NCBI RefSeq assembly: GCF_001194135.2
Contig: NC_068991.1
Coordinates: 52,489,497-52,553,496, forward strand
Direction: 5' to 3'
From: Octopus bimaculoides
Taxonomy: Eukaryota
DNA: 64,000 nt
Part shown: one piece after another, positions 52,441 through 64,000 of the stretch
Numbering within the stretch: position 1 is the first letter of the stretch
Layout of the letters: the number at the start of each line of letters is the position of its first letter
Translations under genes and position numbers: made by a program
The notes under the pieces: generated by a model
Told to the model about the DNA's origin: nothing
The model's input: only the letters and a program-made list of their open reading frames with translations
Databases searched by the model: none

Positions 52441-54789
52441 GAAAAGAAAAGAAAAAATTATTCAGGGAAGCAGAAACTCAAGTACCTTAATGGAAGTCTG
52501 TGAATAAAGTTCCACCAAAGAAATGATAATTCAAAAACCAGTATCATATTAATCTATTGTCAGTGAGCACAGGGTGGAGTAGGGGCAGTAAAAATGGTAT
52601 TTCTATAATATTTGTCAGACAGTAATATATTGGCGTCACAAAGGTGATGAGCTGAGAGAATCATTAGTGTACCAGGTAAAATACTTAGCAGCATTTCGTC
52701 CGTCTTTATGTTCTAAGTTCAAATTCTGCCGAGGTTGACTTTGCCTTTCATCCTTTCAGGGTCAGTAAAATAAGTACCAGTTGAACACTGGGGTCAATGT
52801 AATTAACTTATCCCCCTTTCTTGAAATTGTTAGTCTTTTACCAAAATTTGAAGCCAATATGTTGGTATCGCAAAAATGAAAATGATGTAAACTATGATAA
52901 ATTATGTCCAGAGATTTTGTCAGTGTATCTGTCTAGTGTTTAGTCCACCAGAAAATGATGTTCATGAATGACCAATGTTAGATGGTTCGAAATATAATCT
53001 GTGTCTTTTTATCAGCTCAAAACTGCAGAGAGTGTTGAATGTTTAGAATGAAATGTGTGGTAAATGACTTACTCTTTTGTAATGTGACTGGCTGCAAATT
53101 TGGTCTACAGAGAAGTTTTACAGTATGGTAAACCCTTTGAAACAGATTGTGTGGTACATGTTGGAGAAAGATAGCATCATAGCAATGTATTTTATAGTAA
53201 GGCTGTCAACAAAGGCAGTCGGTCAAAAGATGAGAAAAGTCAATTTACACTTTCATATATAGTAATATAATTAGTCTATACTTGGAATAGACCATTGCTA
53301 TGTTAGTTCATTTCGGGTGAATAACCACTAGTCTTGTAATAAATAAGTCATTTGCTAGTTTAGTCTGGAATGTGGCAATTTCTAAAGAAATGCATGATAA
53401 TGAAAATTTGTTGTTCCTACAAAATAAGACATTAGATTTAAATTTATCTCCAAATATGTGTAGAAGTAGGAATTAATGCCTCTGGCAGCAACAAACAGGT
53501 AGACTCTATAGTTTTGCATTTGTCAGGTGGAGGATGTTATTTTCCAGACAACATGGATTTGCAGTAATTAAAAAAAAAAGAAGAAAGTTAAAAATAACCT
53601 CTTGAATGTGAGCTTCAGAGAAGGAAAGGAGAAGTATTTTCAGAAAGCAACTTGCAGTTCTGGCAACTGCACTGCTATGGACATGTTATACTAATGAATA
53701 ACTATGTACTACTAGTAGGTATTAGTAAAAGGTACAAGAGACAATTGTTGGCAAATGTAGATACAAACATTAGTTAGGTTAGTAACAAATCATATGGTAA
53801 TGAATAAATCCAGTGAACAATTGGCTCTATGAAAATGTGATAATTATAAATCAGTGGGAATAATAACTAGCTTTCAAATGTTGTATCTAATATGCTCTAC
53901 TTGTTTAAGTCTGATACTTATTCTATCAGTCACTTTGCCTGAACTGGTATGTTGTCAAGCAGTGCTAGATAGTGGGGACAAGCACACATATGATGGGCTT
54001 CCACACAGTTTCTGTCTACCAAATTCACTCACAAGGCATTGGCTAGCTAGGGTGCTCAAACCCAAAACAACATTGCAAGCTCCTTAACCACACAGTCATG
54101 CTTAAAAATATTTTGTAGTGTTCCTTTGAAGAACAAAATGATGAACTCCTGGCCATAGCTATTCCAGTAAGTACCTGGGAAATGCTGTCAACATTATATC
54201 ATTTAAGATTTAAATCACTTATTGATTTCTTTATTACATTTTCTATTTGTTTCAGATCATTAGCTAATTAATAAAAGAAAATTTAAGTGAAGATTAAAAT
54301 GAAAATTTCTTAATTGGTTTACTAATTCATATCAATAATTACTTTCTAGATAAGATCAGATCAAATATTTCTTTGATTATGCAATAACAGGAGAAAATGT
54401 GTTCACCAAATGTAGACTGACAATTGTTTTGATATCCATTTCTGAAGTTCCTTTATGTTTTTCTTTTGTAGTGACTATTAGAACATAAAATTTAACATGT
54501 TTATTTTTGCAAAATTTAAAACTTAAAGCAATTTTTGGCCTTCCAAATATTTGTTGTTTCTTCATTTGCATGCAATGCAATTGACTGAACCCAAGGAAAA
54601 GAATAATGAGAAAAGAACCTATTGTTACAACAAAACAACCTAGATAGTTAAAAACTGAAAATACTCTGACATTTAGATGTTTAAAATACATAGTCTCAGT
54701 GATGTATATATATCCCAAGTTCTTCACAGCACACAGTAAGACTGTGTGTGCGTGTGTGTGCATTTTAGAATATATTTCACTGTGAGTTT

Positions 54790-55560
54790 CTTAATTTTCT
54801 CATTTTTAATTTACACACAACCATTGTCATTTAACATCCAATACGACACAACATTCATAACAGTTCCATCCAATGCTCTAATGACTCTGCCAATTTACCA
54901 TGCACACATACAGATACAAGATGTTTACTTTAAATCACCCCTCACCCACAGTACCACGAACAGCCATGTCCAAATAGAATCCACCTACATTCATAATGGA
55001 TGTAATAAAACAAAACCAAGCCATTTATAACACATTTTCAGAAAATTTTGAAATTAAATGGATACTCTCACAGCCTTCACTTGTCCCCAACAAGGTCCTC
55101 CACGTAAGACTTAAAACAACCATTACAACAATTCCTGCTTCCTTGAATTACCAAACAAGGTATACATCTAGCTCACTCTTGATGCTCCTTGCATCGCTGC
55201 TGGCCAAAAAACTACCTGATACCAACAATACTTGTATGCTACTCAACTACCCTATTTGTGACACAGATGTGTATCTATATGTATACACAGTTTATCAAGT
55301 GAAATGTGACAAATGCAGAAATTACTGTATTGGCAGCACAATCTAGAAGTTCCACACCCAGATGAAACGACAGCTGCATACATGTACTTCCATGGTTAAG
55401 AAATATTTTGACAAATGCCAAATCTGCATTTTCACCACTGACCAGAATATTGGCAACTTGAGAATTAAGAAGGCCATTCAAATTAGGGAACATAAACCAA
55501 AGAATTGAAATGAACTCAATGGCATAAGCTATTAACCACCTCATTTTACCTACCTGCTGA
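54790..55560 (+). mobile_element. Highly decayed Penelope-like element, GIY-YIG end
   Basis: VYTVYQVKCDKCRNYCIGSTI*KFHTQMK matches the VYxxxCxxCxxxYIGxT..R..EH pattern. Confidence 0.6.
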
Positions 55561-56174
55561 GCTTATTTAATGTTTTCTCATGCAAACATACATTATATCA
55601 CAATAACAAATTACAAAAGACCTCTGTTTTGATATGAACAAGTCAATCCTGATATTTAAATTGTCAAGCTATTGATCATTGGCTTTTCCAGCTATCCCTT
55701 TGCACGGCCATACTAATTTATGCCATGTCACCTGCTACTCTTGATACTGCCTACTTCAACAAATCACAACTGCTACTACCTTTGGTTCACAAACTAATTC
55801 AAACAACTCTTTGACCATATCACTGATATGACTTGTGAAGAACAGCTAATTCTCCAGATTCTGATTATTTTCTTTCTTTTATTAGAAAAGGGGAATTTAT
55901 CTCCAAAATATAGTGTTGTTAAACAACTTGTATATGGTAATACAATACTTTTGGTTACATTCATTGACATTGTGTTATGTGTTTTGATCAACTCTTCACT
56001 TGCATTGCTCAAAGGTTTTACAAATATTTCATTTTTACATAAATACATTTGTAATTACATTTTGATTAATTGCTATTATGCAAATTGAATGGGATTTCAC
56101 ATTAATTTTGATAACAATAAATCTCTTTATCTGGAAATTATTAAAAAAAATTTTTGTTTGTTTTCTTTGTTTAG

Positions 56175-56232
56175 GCTCGAAACCTGAGCTCAGGAGATCT
56201 TGCTGCAATAAAGGTTATAAAACTTGAGCCTG
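56175..56232 (+). CDS. MAP4K3: MAP4K3/5-like kinase, coding exon 2 (58 nt)
   Basis: Acceptor ttttctttgtttag|, translates ARNLSSGDLAAIKVIKLEP(G) with the catalytic Lys (AAIK), donor G|GTAAGT. Phase 0 to 1 joins exon 1 in frame. Confidence 0.95.
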
Positions 56233-56989
56233 GTAAGTTTTCTTTTCCTCTCTATATATAAATATTTAATCTACCAGGTGTCTGAGTGTTGAAGGTCTTT
56301 TCTTGGGGAGATGAAAAGGATAAAACATCCACTAACATTGAGGAATTAATATTTTCTACATTGTTTTTAAGAAAGAAAAAAAAACAGAAATAGTAATTAT
56401 ATTTTCACTTAATTTGTTATTGAAAACATTCATTTGTTTAAAATTAGTATTGTATTAGCAGAGCTACCCAGTAATGCTTGAGTATTGTATTAAGGTAATA
56501 CAAGTCATAAAGGTTTCACTCGTTGGCTCATACAAGCATATAAATAGGTCTGTGACATACACACACTCTTATATGCACACATTAGTGCTAAGAAGCTATC
56601 CTAAAGATAGTGTATTTAGCTTTGACATTGGTTTTCATATATGGTGATCTTCCTTTTTAAAATAGTAGGATGTGTGATTTGAGGGGAAGTTTGGTTATAA
56701 TTTCTAGCTTCAATAAATCTACAACGAAAGCCTTCCATCCATTTTTGCATATATCAAGAAATACATTCTCTATTTTCAACGCAGTAGAATGTGATGTACA
56801 GGAGCTCTGGTTGCTATTTTTAGCCAGCTGATCTACCACATAGAGGTTCCATTAGTTGTTGTTGTTGTTGTTGTTGTTGTTTAGCCTTGGGCTGAGTCTG
56901 GTTGAGCAAGCCTTTGATAAAACGTTTTCAGGAAGTGACCATTCTGTTTTAATATATCAAGGACTACTTTGCCTAATGTATTCTTGTTT

Positions 56990-57374
56990 TAATACTGTAT
57001 TCAGATTGTTCTATCCAATGTAATATTTGTTTATTTATATTGTTTTGAATTAATCATGCATTATCTTGTAGTTTAGAGATTTCAATGATGTGATTGTTTA
57101 GTTTTAGAATGGCATTGTAGGGTTGAGGTGAGAAGCTGGGTCTGGCCAGCTGCAACCAGGGCTGTGGAATCGAAACAGAAAACTTCAACTCCAACTCCCC
57201 TACTATTGGTACTTTCGACTCTTCTATGTGATTAGTGATTGTGGTCTATTTTTCTGTCTCCGACTCCAGCTACCTCTTAATTGTTTCTGACTCCAACTTC
57301 ACAGCCCTGGCTGCAACATAAAACAGGTTAAATATTTTGGCTTGATATAGGTAGTTTAAATGTTAATGGGTTAA
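56990..57374. mobile_element. piggyBac-like MITE, copy 1 (interrupted)
   Basis: Ends GGG|TTAA; internal similarity to 58738-58938. Confidence 0.55.
57157..57309. mobile_element. hAT MITE (153 bp) nested in a piggyBac-like MITE
   Basis: TIRs CAGGGCTGTGGA / CTTCACAGCCCTG; perfect 8-bp TSD GCTGCAAC (57149-57156, 57310-57317). Confidence 0.9.
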
Positions 57375-58737
57375 GGAATATTTGGCTGCTTTATCTGGTA
57401 GTTTGGATGACTGCTCTGAGACTCTGCCATTAATTACCATAGAGATGATCCATTACTTGTTTAGACCCAAGTTTAGTCTGATACAGCAAATCTATGATAA
57501 AAGACTTTCTAGCCATGGCCATTCTGTTGTTCTGTATATCAGAACTACATATTTTTTTATGTCCTTCCTTTTATAAAGACTATAGTCAGAGTGGTATGAA
57601 AATGATTGATTTCAGTTTTTGTAATTGATGATTGATCTTCCTTTTTCAAGACATCACCTTTTTGTATATCGGGGATTGTACATCCTAATGTATTTTCAGA
57701 CCAGACCCATAATAAAAGGCATTCAGACTCTCACTATCTTGTCTTTTTCTGCATCAAGACTATATTAGTCAATCATCATCATCATCATCAGCATTTAATG
57801 TCTGTTTTCCATGCTAGCATGGGTTGGACAGTTCGACCGGGGTCTGGGAAGCCAGGAGGCTGCACCAGGCTCCAGTCTGATCTGGCAGTGTTTCTACAGC
57901 TGGATGCCCATTGAAACAATGATGATGACAACCATGATCTAATTTGTTATTCTTACATCTTTTAGTATGTCTAGCTTACTACTTATATCAATTGGCATAC
58001 CTCTGCACATCAGCAAAGGTTATAGTCACAAGTTCATATTTGACTTTTAAATGATATAATACATTACTCCTACATATTGTCTCAAGATTTGGCATTTTAA
58101 AGTCAATCATCTCCAAATATCTACTGCAACAATTCAAATAGTTGACTTAGTAAAAAAACATCAAATTAAAGCTTAGTAGGAATCATACATTTCAAACAAT
58201 TAATAAACAAGAAGCTTCCTCCATTAATTTTGTTAATATTTTGGAAATGGATTATTTATTAAAATTTTAAATCATCTTTACTCTATTTATCATCGTCATC
58301 ATCATCATTTAATGTCGGTTTTCCATACTGGCATGAGTTGGACAGTTTGACAGGAGCTGACAAACTATAGGACTGCACCAGGCTCCATTTGTCTGTTTTG
58401 GCACGGTTCCTTTGGCTGGATGCCTTCCTAATGCCAACCACTTTAGAGAGTGTACTAGGTACTCTTTATGGTGCCCCAGCACAGGAGCTTTTTATCAGCT
58501 TGGGTGCTTATTACATGATGCCATCACAAGTTTTACATGGCACCAGTTCTTTGTAAATAAATTAATTTCTTTTAAATTCTAATTAAAATAATTACCAAAA
58601 GTTGTATGACAGCAAATTTATCTTTAATATTAATAGATCTATGCTCTAAATGAGATTTTCCCAACTTATGTAATACTTAAAGCCTATCCCATAAAATCTC
58701 ATTTTAATTATTCCATAAAAGATAAAAATAACCAAAC

Positions 58738-58938
58738 ACCTGTCAAATATAATATTTATTCACACTGTTTTGAATTAACCATGCATTATCTCATTGCTTT
58801 GAGATTTTGATGATGTGATTGCATATTTTTGGAATGACATACTTGGATAAATATGAGAGTCCAGATCTGATTGGTTCAAACATGAGACAAGTAGAATATT
58901 TATGCTGGATACAGCTGGTTTAAATGCTAAAGGGTTAA
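58738..58938. mobile_element. piggyBac-like MITE, copy 2
   Basis: Ends TTTAAATGCTAAAGGG|TTAA; matches copy 1. Confidence 0.55.
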
Positions 58939-59048
58939 TATAAATTTAATTAGCAGATAATTTAACAAAAGTGCAAACTTTATGCAAATTGTTATTTGCT
59001 TAGTTTGATCAGTTCCAAACCTGCACTTTTGCTCTTTGTATATCATAA

Positions 59049-59450
59049 GTGGAGGCGCAATGGCCCAGTGGTTAGGGCAGCGGATTCGCGGTCATAGTAT
59101 CGCGGTCATAGTATCGCCGTTTCGATTCCCAGACCGGGCATTGTGAGTGTTTATTGAGCAAAAACACCTAAAGCTCCACGAGGCTCTGGCAGGGGATGGT
59201 GGTGAACCCTGCTGTACTCTTTCACCACAACTTTCTCTCACTCTTACTTCCTGTTGTGCCTGTAATTCAAAGGGTCAGCCTTGTCACACTGTGTCACACT
59301 GAATATCCCTGAAAACTACGTTAAGGGTACACGTGTCTGTGGAGTGCTCAGCCACTTGCATGTTAATTTCACGAGCAGGCTGTTCCGTTGATCGGATCAA
59401 CTGGAACCCCCCCCCCCCCGACGTCGTAAGCGACGGAGTGCCAAACAACA
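59049..59450 (+). mobile_element. tRNA-derived SINE family B, full length
   Basis: A box TGGCCCAGTGG, B-box-like TTTCGATTCC; body matches the reverse complement of 3871-4144; CAA-type tail. Confidence 0.88.
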
Positions 59451-60416
59451 TATCATCACATCATTATTTAACATCCCTTTTTCCATGCTGGCATAGACTG
59501 AATAGGCTGATAAGATCAGTTTAGCTACAGGGCTCTGCCAGATTTTGTCTACTTCAGCATGATTTCTACAGCTGGATGCCATTCTTAACACCAACCACTT
59601 AAGAGAGTGTACTGATTGCTCTTTATGTGCACTGGTGAGGTTGCCACTGGTGCTGGCGACAGCATTCACTTATTTTGTTGTTTTTACATAGACACACACG
59701 TGCATGCATATCATAATCATAATTAATTCCACTTCCCATGATGTCGTAGGTTGGACGAATCATCACAGTATGTGTCAGCTCCCATTTGGTGTTACTCTTC
59801 TTGACAGGTTGAGAGATCATCTGTATGTTCTGTTACAGCATGGCTTCTACAGTTGGATGCCCTCCCTATCACCAGCCACATTACAGAGTGTACTGGATGC
59901 CTTTTAGTGTGGCACTAGTGCTAGTGAGGTTGTCTTATACCTTATCAAAAAACAAAAAAAGACTGCTTTGTGTTGTTCTAGATTGTTTAGGACAATAAAA
60001 CCAACTGAAGAATAGAAAAGAGGGCAATTTTAGATGTTGAAATAAGGTAAAAGAGAGAAAGAAGTTACAGTATGAGGAAGAAACTTTTTCTCTAAACTTT
60101 GTTCAGTTCTATTATTATAACTTGGCCATCATTATACATGAGTTCCCATGGGTAGGTAGTGCTTAAGTCTTCTATTATGGCTTGGGGGACGATAATAAAC
60201 AGAAGACTGCACTAAGCTATGGTGGACCCTACCTGCATGACAAATTTGTTGGTGAATCTAATTGTTCGCTCTGTACATGGCTTGCATAGCCCTCACAAAC
60301 CATTCTTCTACCCCTAGCTTCCTTAGTGGCTGCTAGATCAATAGCAAGGGATCTTGTCAAAGACCATTTCCAGGTCGTGCTTAGTACATTAGTTTATCTT
60401 TAGCTAAGTTCCCTTT

Positions 60417-60455
<39 letters not shown>

Positions 60456-60723
60456 NNNNNNNNNNNNNNNNNNNNNNNNNNNNNNNNNNNNNNNNNNNNN
60501 NNNNNNNNNNNNNNNNNNNNNNNNNNNNNNNNNNNNNNNNNNNNNNNNNNNNNNNNNNNNNNNNNNNNNNNNNNNNNNNNNNNNNNNNNNNNNNNNNNNN
60601 NNNNNNNNNNNNNNNNNNNNNNNNNNNNNNNNNNNNNNNNNNNNNNNNNNNNNNNNNNNNNNNNNNNNNNNNNNNNNNNNNNNNNNNNNNNNNNNNNNNN
60701 NNNNNNNNNNNNNNNNNNNNNNN

Positions 60724-60757
<34 letters not shown>

Positions 60758-60986
60758 TATGTATACATACCGCATAAGTTTATGTACGAATGTGTTTTTG
60801 AATATATAATGTAATGTGTAGAGAGTTCTTAAGAATTGACAAATACACTTTTCAATTCATTGAAAAATATCTTTCTGAATGACTTGTGTTACATGATTTC
60901 TTGAAATATTTTTTTAACTGTGTGAATAAATTTGAAATTAATGCTCTTCGTTTTCCTTCTTAAATTCTGAATTTCTTTTCTTGTAG

Positions 60987-61077
60987 GAGATGATTTTGCT
61001 GTTATTCAGCAAGAGATAGTGATGATGAAAGACTGTAAGCATGCTAACATAGTAGCCTACTTTGGTAGTTATCTCAG
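60987..61077 (+). CDS. MAP4K3: MAP4K3/5-like kinase, coding exon 3 (91 nt); gene continues beyond window
   Basis: Acceptor tttcttttcttgtag|, translates (G)[29 protein letters not shown](R) (alphaC Glu, HxNIV), donor AG|GTGAGT. Phase 1 to 2. Expected exon 4 (..DKLWICMEFCGGGSLQDIY-like) not found in window. Confidence 0.95.
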
Positions 61078-61383
61078 GTGAGTAACTCTTCTTTCTGTCA
61101 ATAAGACTTTTTCTGTTTCTTGCACCCATGTGACATCATGATATAAGGAGCTGCTGCATAAAACTAAAACCAAAATCAGAAATTAAGCAAACATACCTAC
61201 ATACACACCTTTATATGTACTCATTAAAAAAAAAAAAGAATGAAAAGACCAAAGCATATTTTTCAAAGATACTCTTGCATAAAACCATCTCTCCTTCTTA
61301 AATATTCTCCCCCTTACACACATTGTCATTGTTTACAAATACTGTCCCTCACAGGAGTGGCAATATTTTGAAAACAAGATGTG

Positions 61384-61745
61384 CAGGAATGGCTGTGTGG
61401 TAAGAAGCTTGCTTCCCAACCACTTGGTTCCTGGTTCAGTCCCACCGTGTGGCACCTTGAGTAAGTGTCTTCTACTATAGCCTCAGGTTGACCAAACCCT
61501 TGTGAGTGGATTTGTTAGATGAAAACTGAAAGAAGCACATCATGTTTGTGTTTGTCCCCCACCACTGCTGACAACTAATGTTGGTTTGTTATGTCACTGT
61601 AACTTAGCAATTCAGCAAAAGTGACTGATAGAATAAGTACAAGGCTTTAAAAAAATAAATGTTGTGATTGATTTGTTAGACTAAAAGTTCTTCAAGGTGG
61701 TGTCCCAGCATGGCTGCAATCTAATGACTGAAACAAGTAAAAGAA
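61384..61745 (+). mobile_element. tRNA-derived SINE family A (most abundant family here)
   Basis: Head ggctgtgtggtaagaagcttgcttcccaaccac, central ggcaccttgagtaagtgtcttctactatagcc, tail aatgactgaaacaagtaaaag. Confidence 0.85.
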
Positions 61746-62480
61746 AGAATTGAAGAATCAGAAAACACAGCTGCAGGAATAACCAGAATTTCATGTCTGT
61801 TCCTTTGCTTTATTATCTTCCCCTTCTGCAGACCCCTCATAAGAGCGAAAGAAAAATATAACTATGGAAGTAGTATTTCATTGTCACAAATGTATGTGAT
61901 AGCCCAACAGCTATGATGAGGAATGTGCCCTCTATTTGTTTTCCAAATAAGACTGAGTCATGGCTTCCTAAACCTGTAGCAGCAGAGCAAGGACCACAAT
62001 CACTGGGTTTATACTAAGGATGCACTTGGATGACCACAATCTTTCTTGTCTTACTTTGCTGTGAGTTATGCATTACACAGCAATAGCGCAAGATAGTGCC
62101 TCTCAGCTTATTGAAACTTGATTGCTGATGGTTAGGTTTCTTACCACACAGATGGTAAGTTTTCATTGACACTGGGTAACAAGCTCTTAAAGAGTTTCAT
62201 CAAGAGTTTAAAACTCACAAGCTACCTTTAACCTGGTTTAGTTGACTTGCTGTTATATTATCCTAATACCATTTGTTTTTATCATGTGCACTCTCATACA
62301 CACACACACACACACACTGTATGTGCTGAGGTTTATGTTCTTAAACGTTTAAAGTATTTGACACCAAAGTTCACTCTGATGTATGTAATTTCAGTATATG
62401 TTCACTGACGACCTACATGGATACCTTTGGATGTCAGCAGACGTGTGTTTGTTTGTAGATATAACATTATAAACATACAA

Positions 62481-62574
<94 letters not shown>

Positions 62575-62578
<4 letters not shown>

Positions 62579-63165
62579 GGTCATCCCATAAATAATGCAG
62601 TTTTTTAATATTTCTTTTAAGAAACAAAATTCTTTTTTAATCTAAAATATACTCTCCTTCATTTTCTACAATGCTCTTCCATCTTTCTGGTAGACTTGCA
62701 AGGTTCCTCTTCCAAAATTCACTTGTCCATGATGAAAAATGCTCCTCTGGTACTATTGTGACCTCATCTACAGAATTCATATTTTTTCCATCCAAATGAT
62801 TTTGAAGACTGCAGAATAAATGATACTCAGATGGGGCAATGTCCAGCAAATGAGGATGGGGCATCGTTTCCCATTCAAACTAATCCAGCCTTTGGAATGT
62901 CGTCCTTGCTGTATGTGACCAAATATTATCCTGATGGAAGAACACCTTTCATCTTGAAACCAAAGATGGTCATTTTTCTACTAGCGCTGATTTAAGCCAG
63001 TCAACCTGGTCTCAGTAGATCTCCTTTGTTATCATATGGTTTGGGTTTAAGAGTTCAAAATGAACAAAACCTTCCATATCCCACCAAACAGATAACAATA
63101 CCATATAGACCTTCTTTACCGTGGGGTGCCAGTGTTTCTCCTTTCCCTATCCACTGTCTTTGGCA
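62575..63165 (-). mobile_element. mariner 3' remnant next to (TA)n
   Basis: LDIAPSEYHLFCSLQNHLDG...[18 protein letters not shown]. Confidence 0.85.
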
Positions 63166-64000
63166 TTTAACATTTTTATAGAGAATACAGTTCTATATTT
63201 AAGAGATAAGGAATTATGTTAATTTCACGAGCAGGCTGTTCCGTTGATCGGATCAACTGGAACCCTCGTCATCGTAAGTGACTATATATATATACACATA
63301 CACGCACATGTATATATATTGATGTGTATTTGTCTTTGTGTTTTCCCCACCACCATTGTCTTTGTGTTTTCCCCACCACCATTGCTTGACAACCAATGTT
63401 GGTGTGTTTATGTCCCCCGAAACTTAGAAGTTTGGCAAAATAAACCAATAGAATAAGTACTAGGCTTACAAATAATAAGTCCTGAGGTTGATTTCTTTGA
63501 CTAAAGGCATTGCTTCAGCATGGGCTGCAGTCAAATGACTGAAATGTGTAAATGAGTAAAAAAAAGGTATACACACACACACACATACACACACACACAC
63601 ACACCCATATATATTACCACAGCTACTCCTACGACCACCACCACTGCCAACAATAATAATAAAGGTGATGATAATTGAAATGTAAAAACCTCTGAGAAAT
63701 GTTGTTTACGACATTTCTGAAAATAGCCAAACAATTACTGCTTTGGCCAGGGTCAAAATACAGGCCTCTTGACATGTTCAACAAGCCATGACGCCTAAAC
63801 AAACACCAATCAGCTGAAGTAATTTAGTAAAGCCACACACTGATTGGTCAGAGTACAGTTTGCAAAACTTAACATTCTGGATCCTATGCAAATGTATTTA
63901 AAGCAAACATTTTAGCCATTTCACTACAGTTGTGAATTGTAAAACATAACTGTCACTACTACTATATGAAACTGAAAATACATAGTTTTATGCATGAAAG

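Noticed and set aside
59049-59140. tRNA-like sequence
   Set aside because: Continues into a SINE body found elsewhere in the window and has an internal duplication.
62152-62154. 3-nt microexon ATG between ..accacacag| and |GTAAGT
   Set aside because: The acceptor side resembles an antisense SINE-A head remnant; cannot be told from chance without junction reads.

Overview
AT-rich, microsatellite-rich animal genomic DNA with nine N-gaps. The repeat families resemble Octopus (coleoid cephalopod) repeats as I recall them; this is not verified by search. The only well-supported host gene is the 5' part of a GCK-I kinase of the MAP4K3/MAP4K5 (happyhour) type on the + strand: coding exons 23827-23925, 56175-56232 and 60987-61077, with a 32.2-kb first intron and a CpG-retaining, ETS-motif-bearing promoter region. 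Most other recognisable sequence is decayed mobile DNA: RTE and CR1-like LINEs, Penelope-like elements (PLEs), mariner/Tc1, hAT and piggyBac-like MITEs, and several tRNA-derived SINE families. The most unusual structure is a ~570-bp head-to-head palindrome (13116-13687). Each arm is tRNA-like Pol III head + (AAT)n + minimal hammerhead ribozyme, and it sits directly upstream of a PLE RT/GIY-YIG ORF. Two further, unrelated hammerhead-like motifs occur at 16206-16296 and 36213-36248. Other candidates are a frame-preserving 60-nt cassette exon and a uORF for the kinase, and two hairpins. Repeat boundaries are approximate, read by eye. No CRISPR array, rRNA or genuine tRNA gene is supported.
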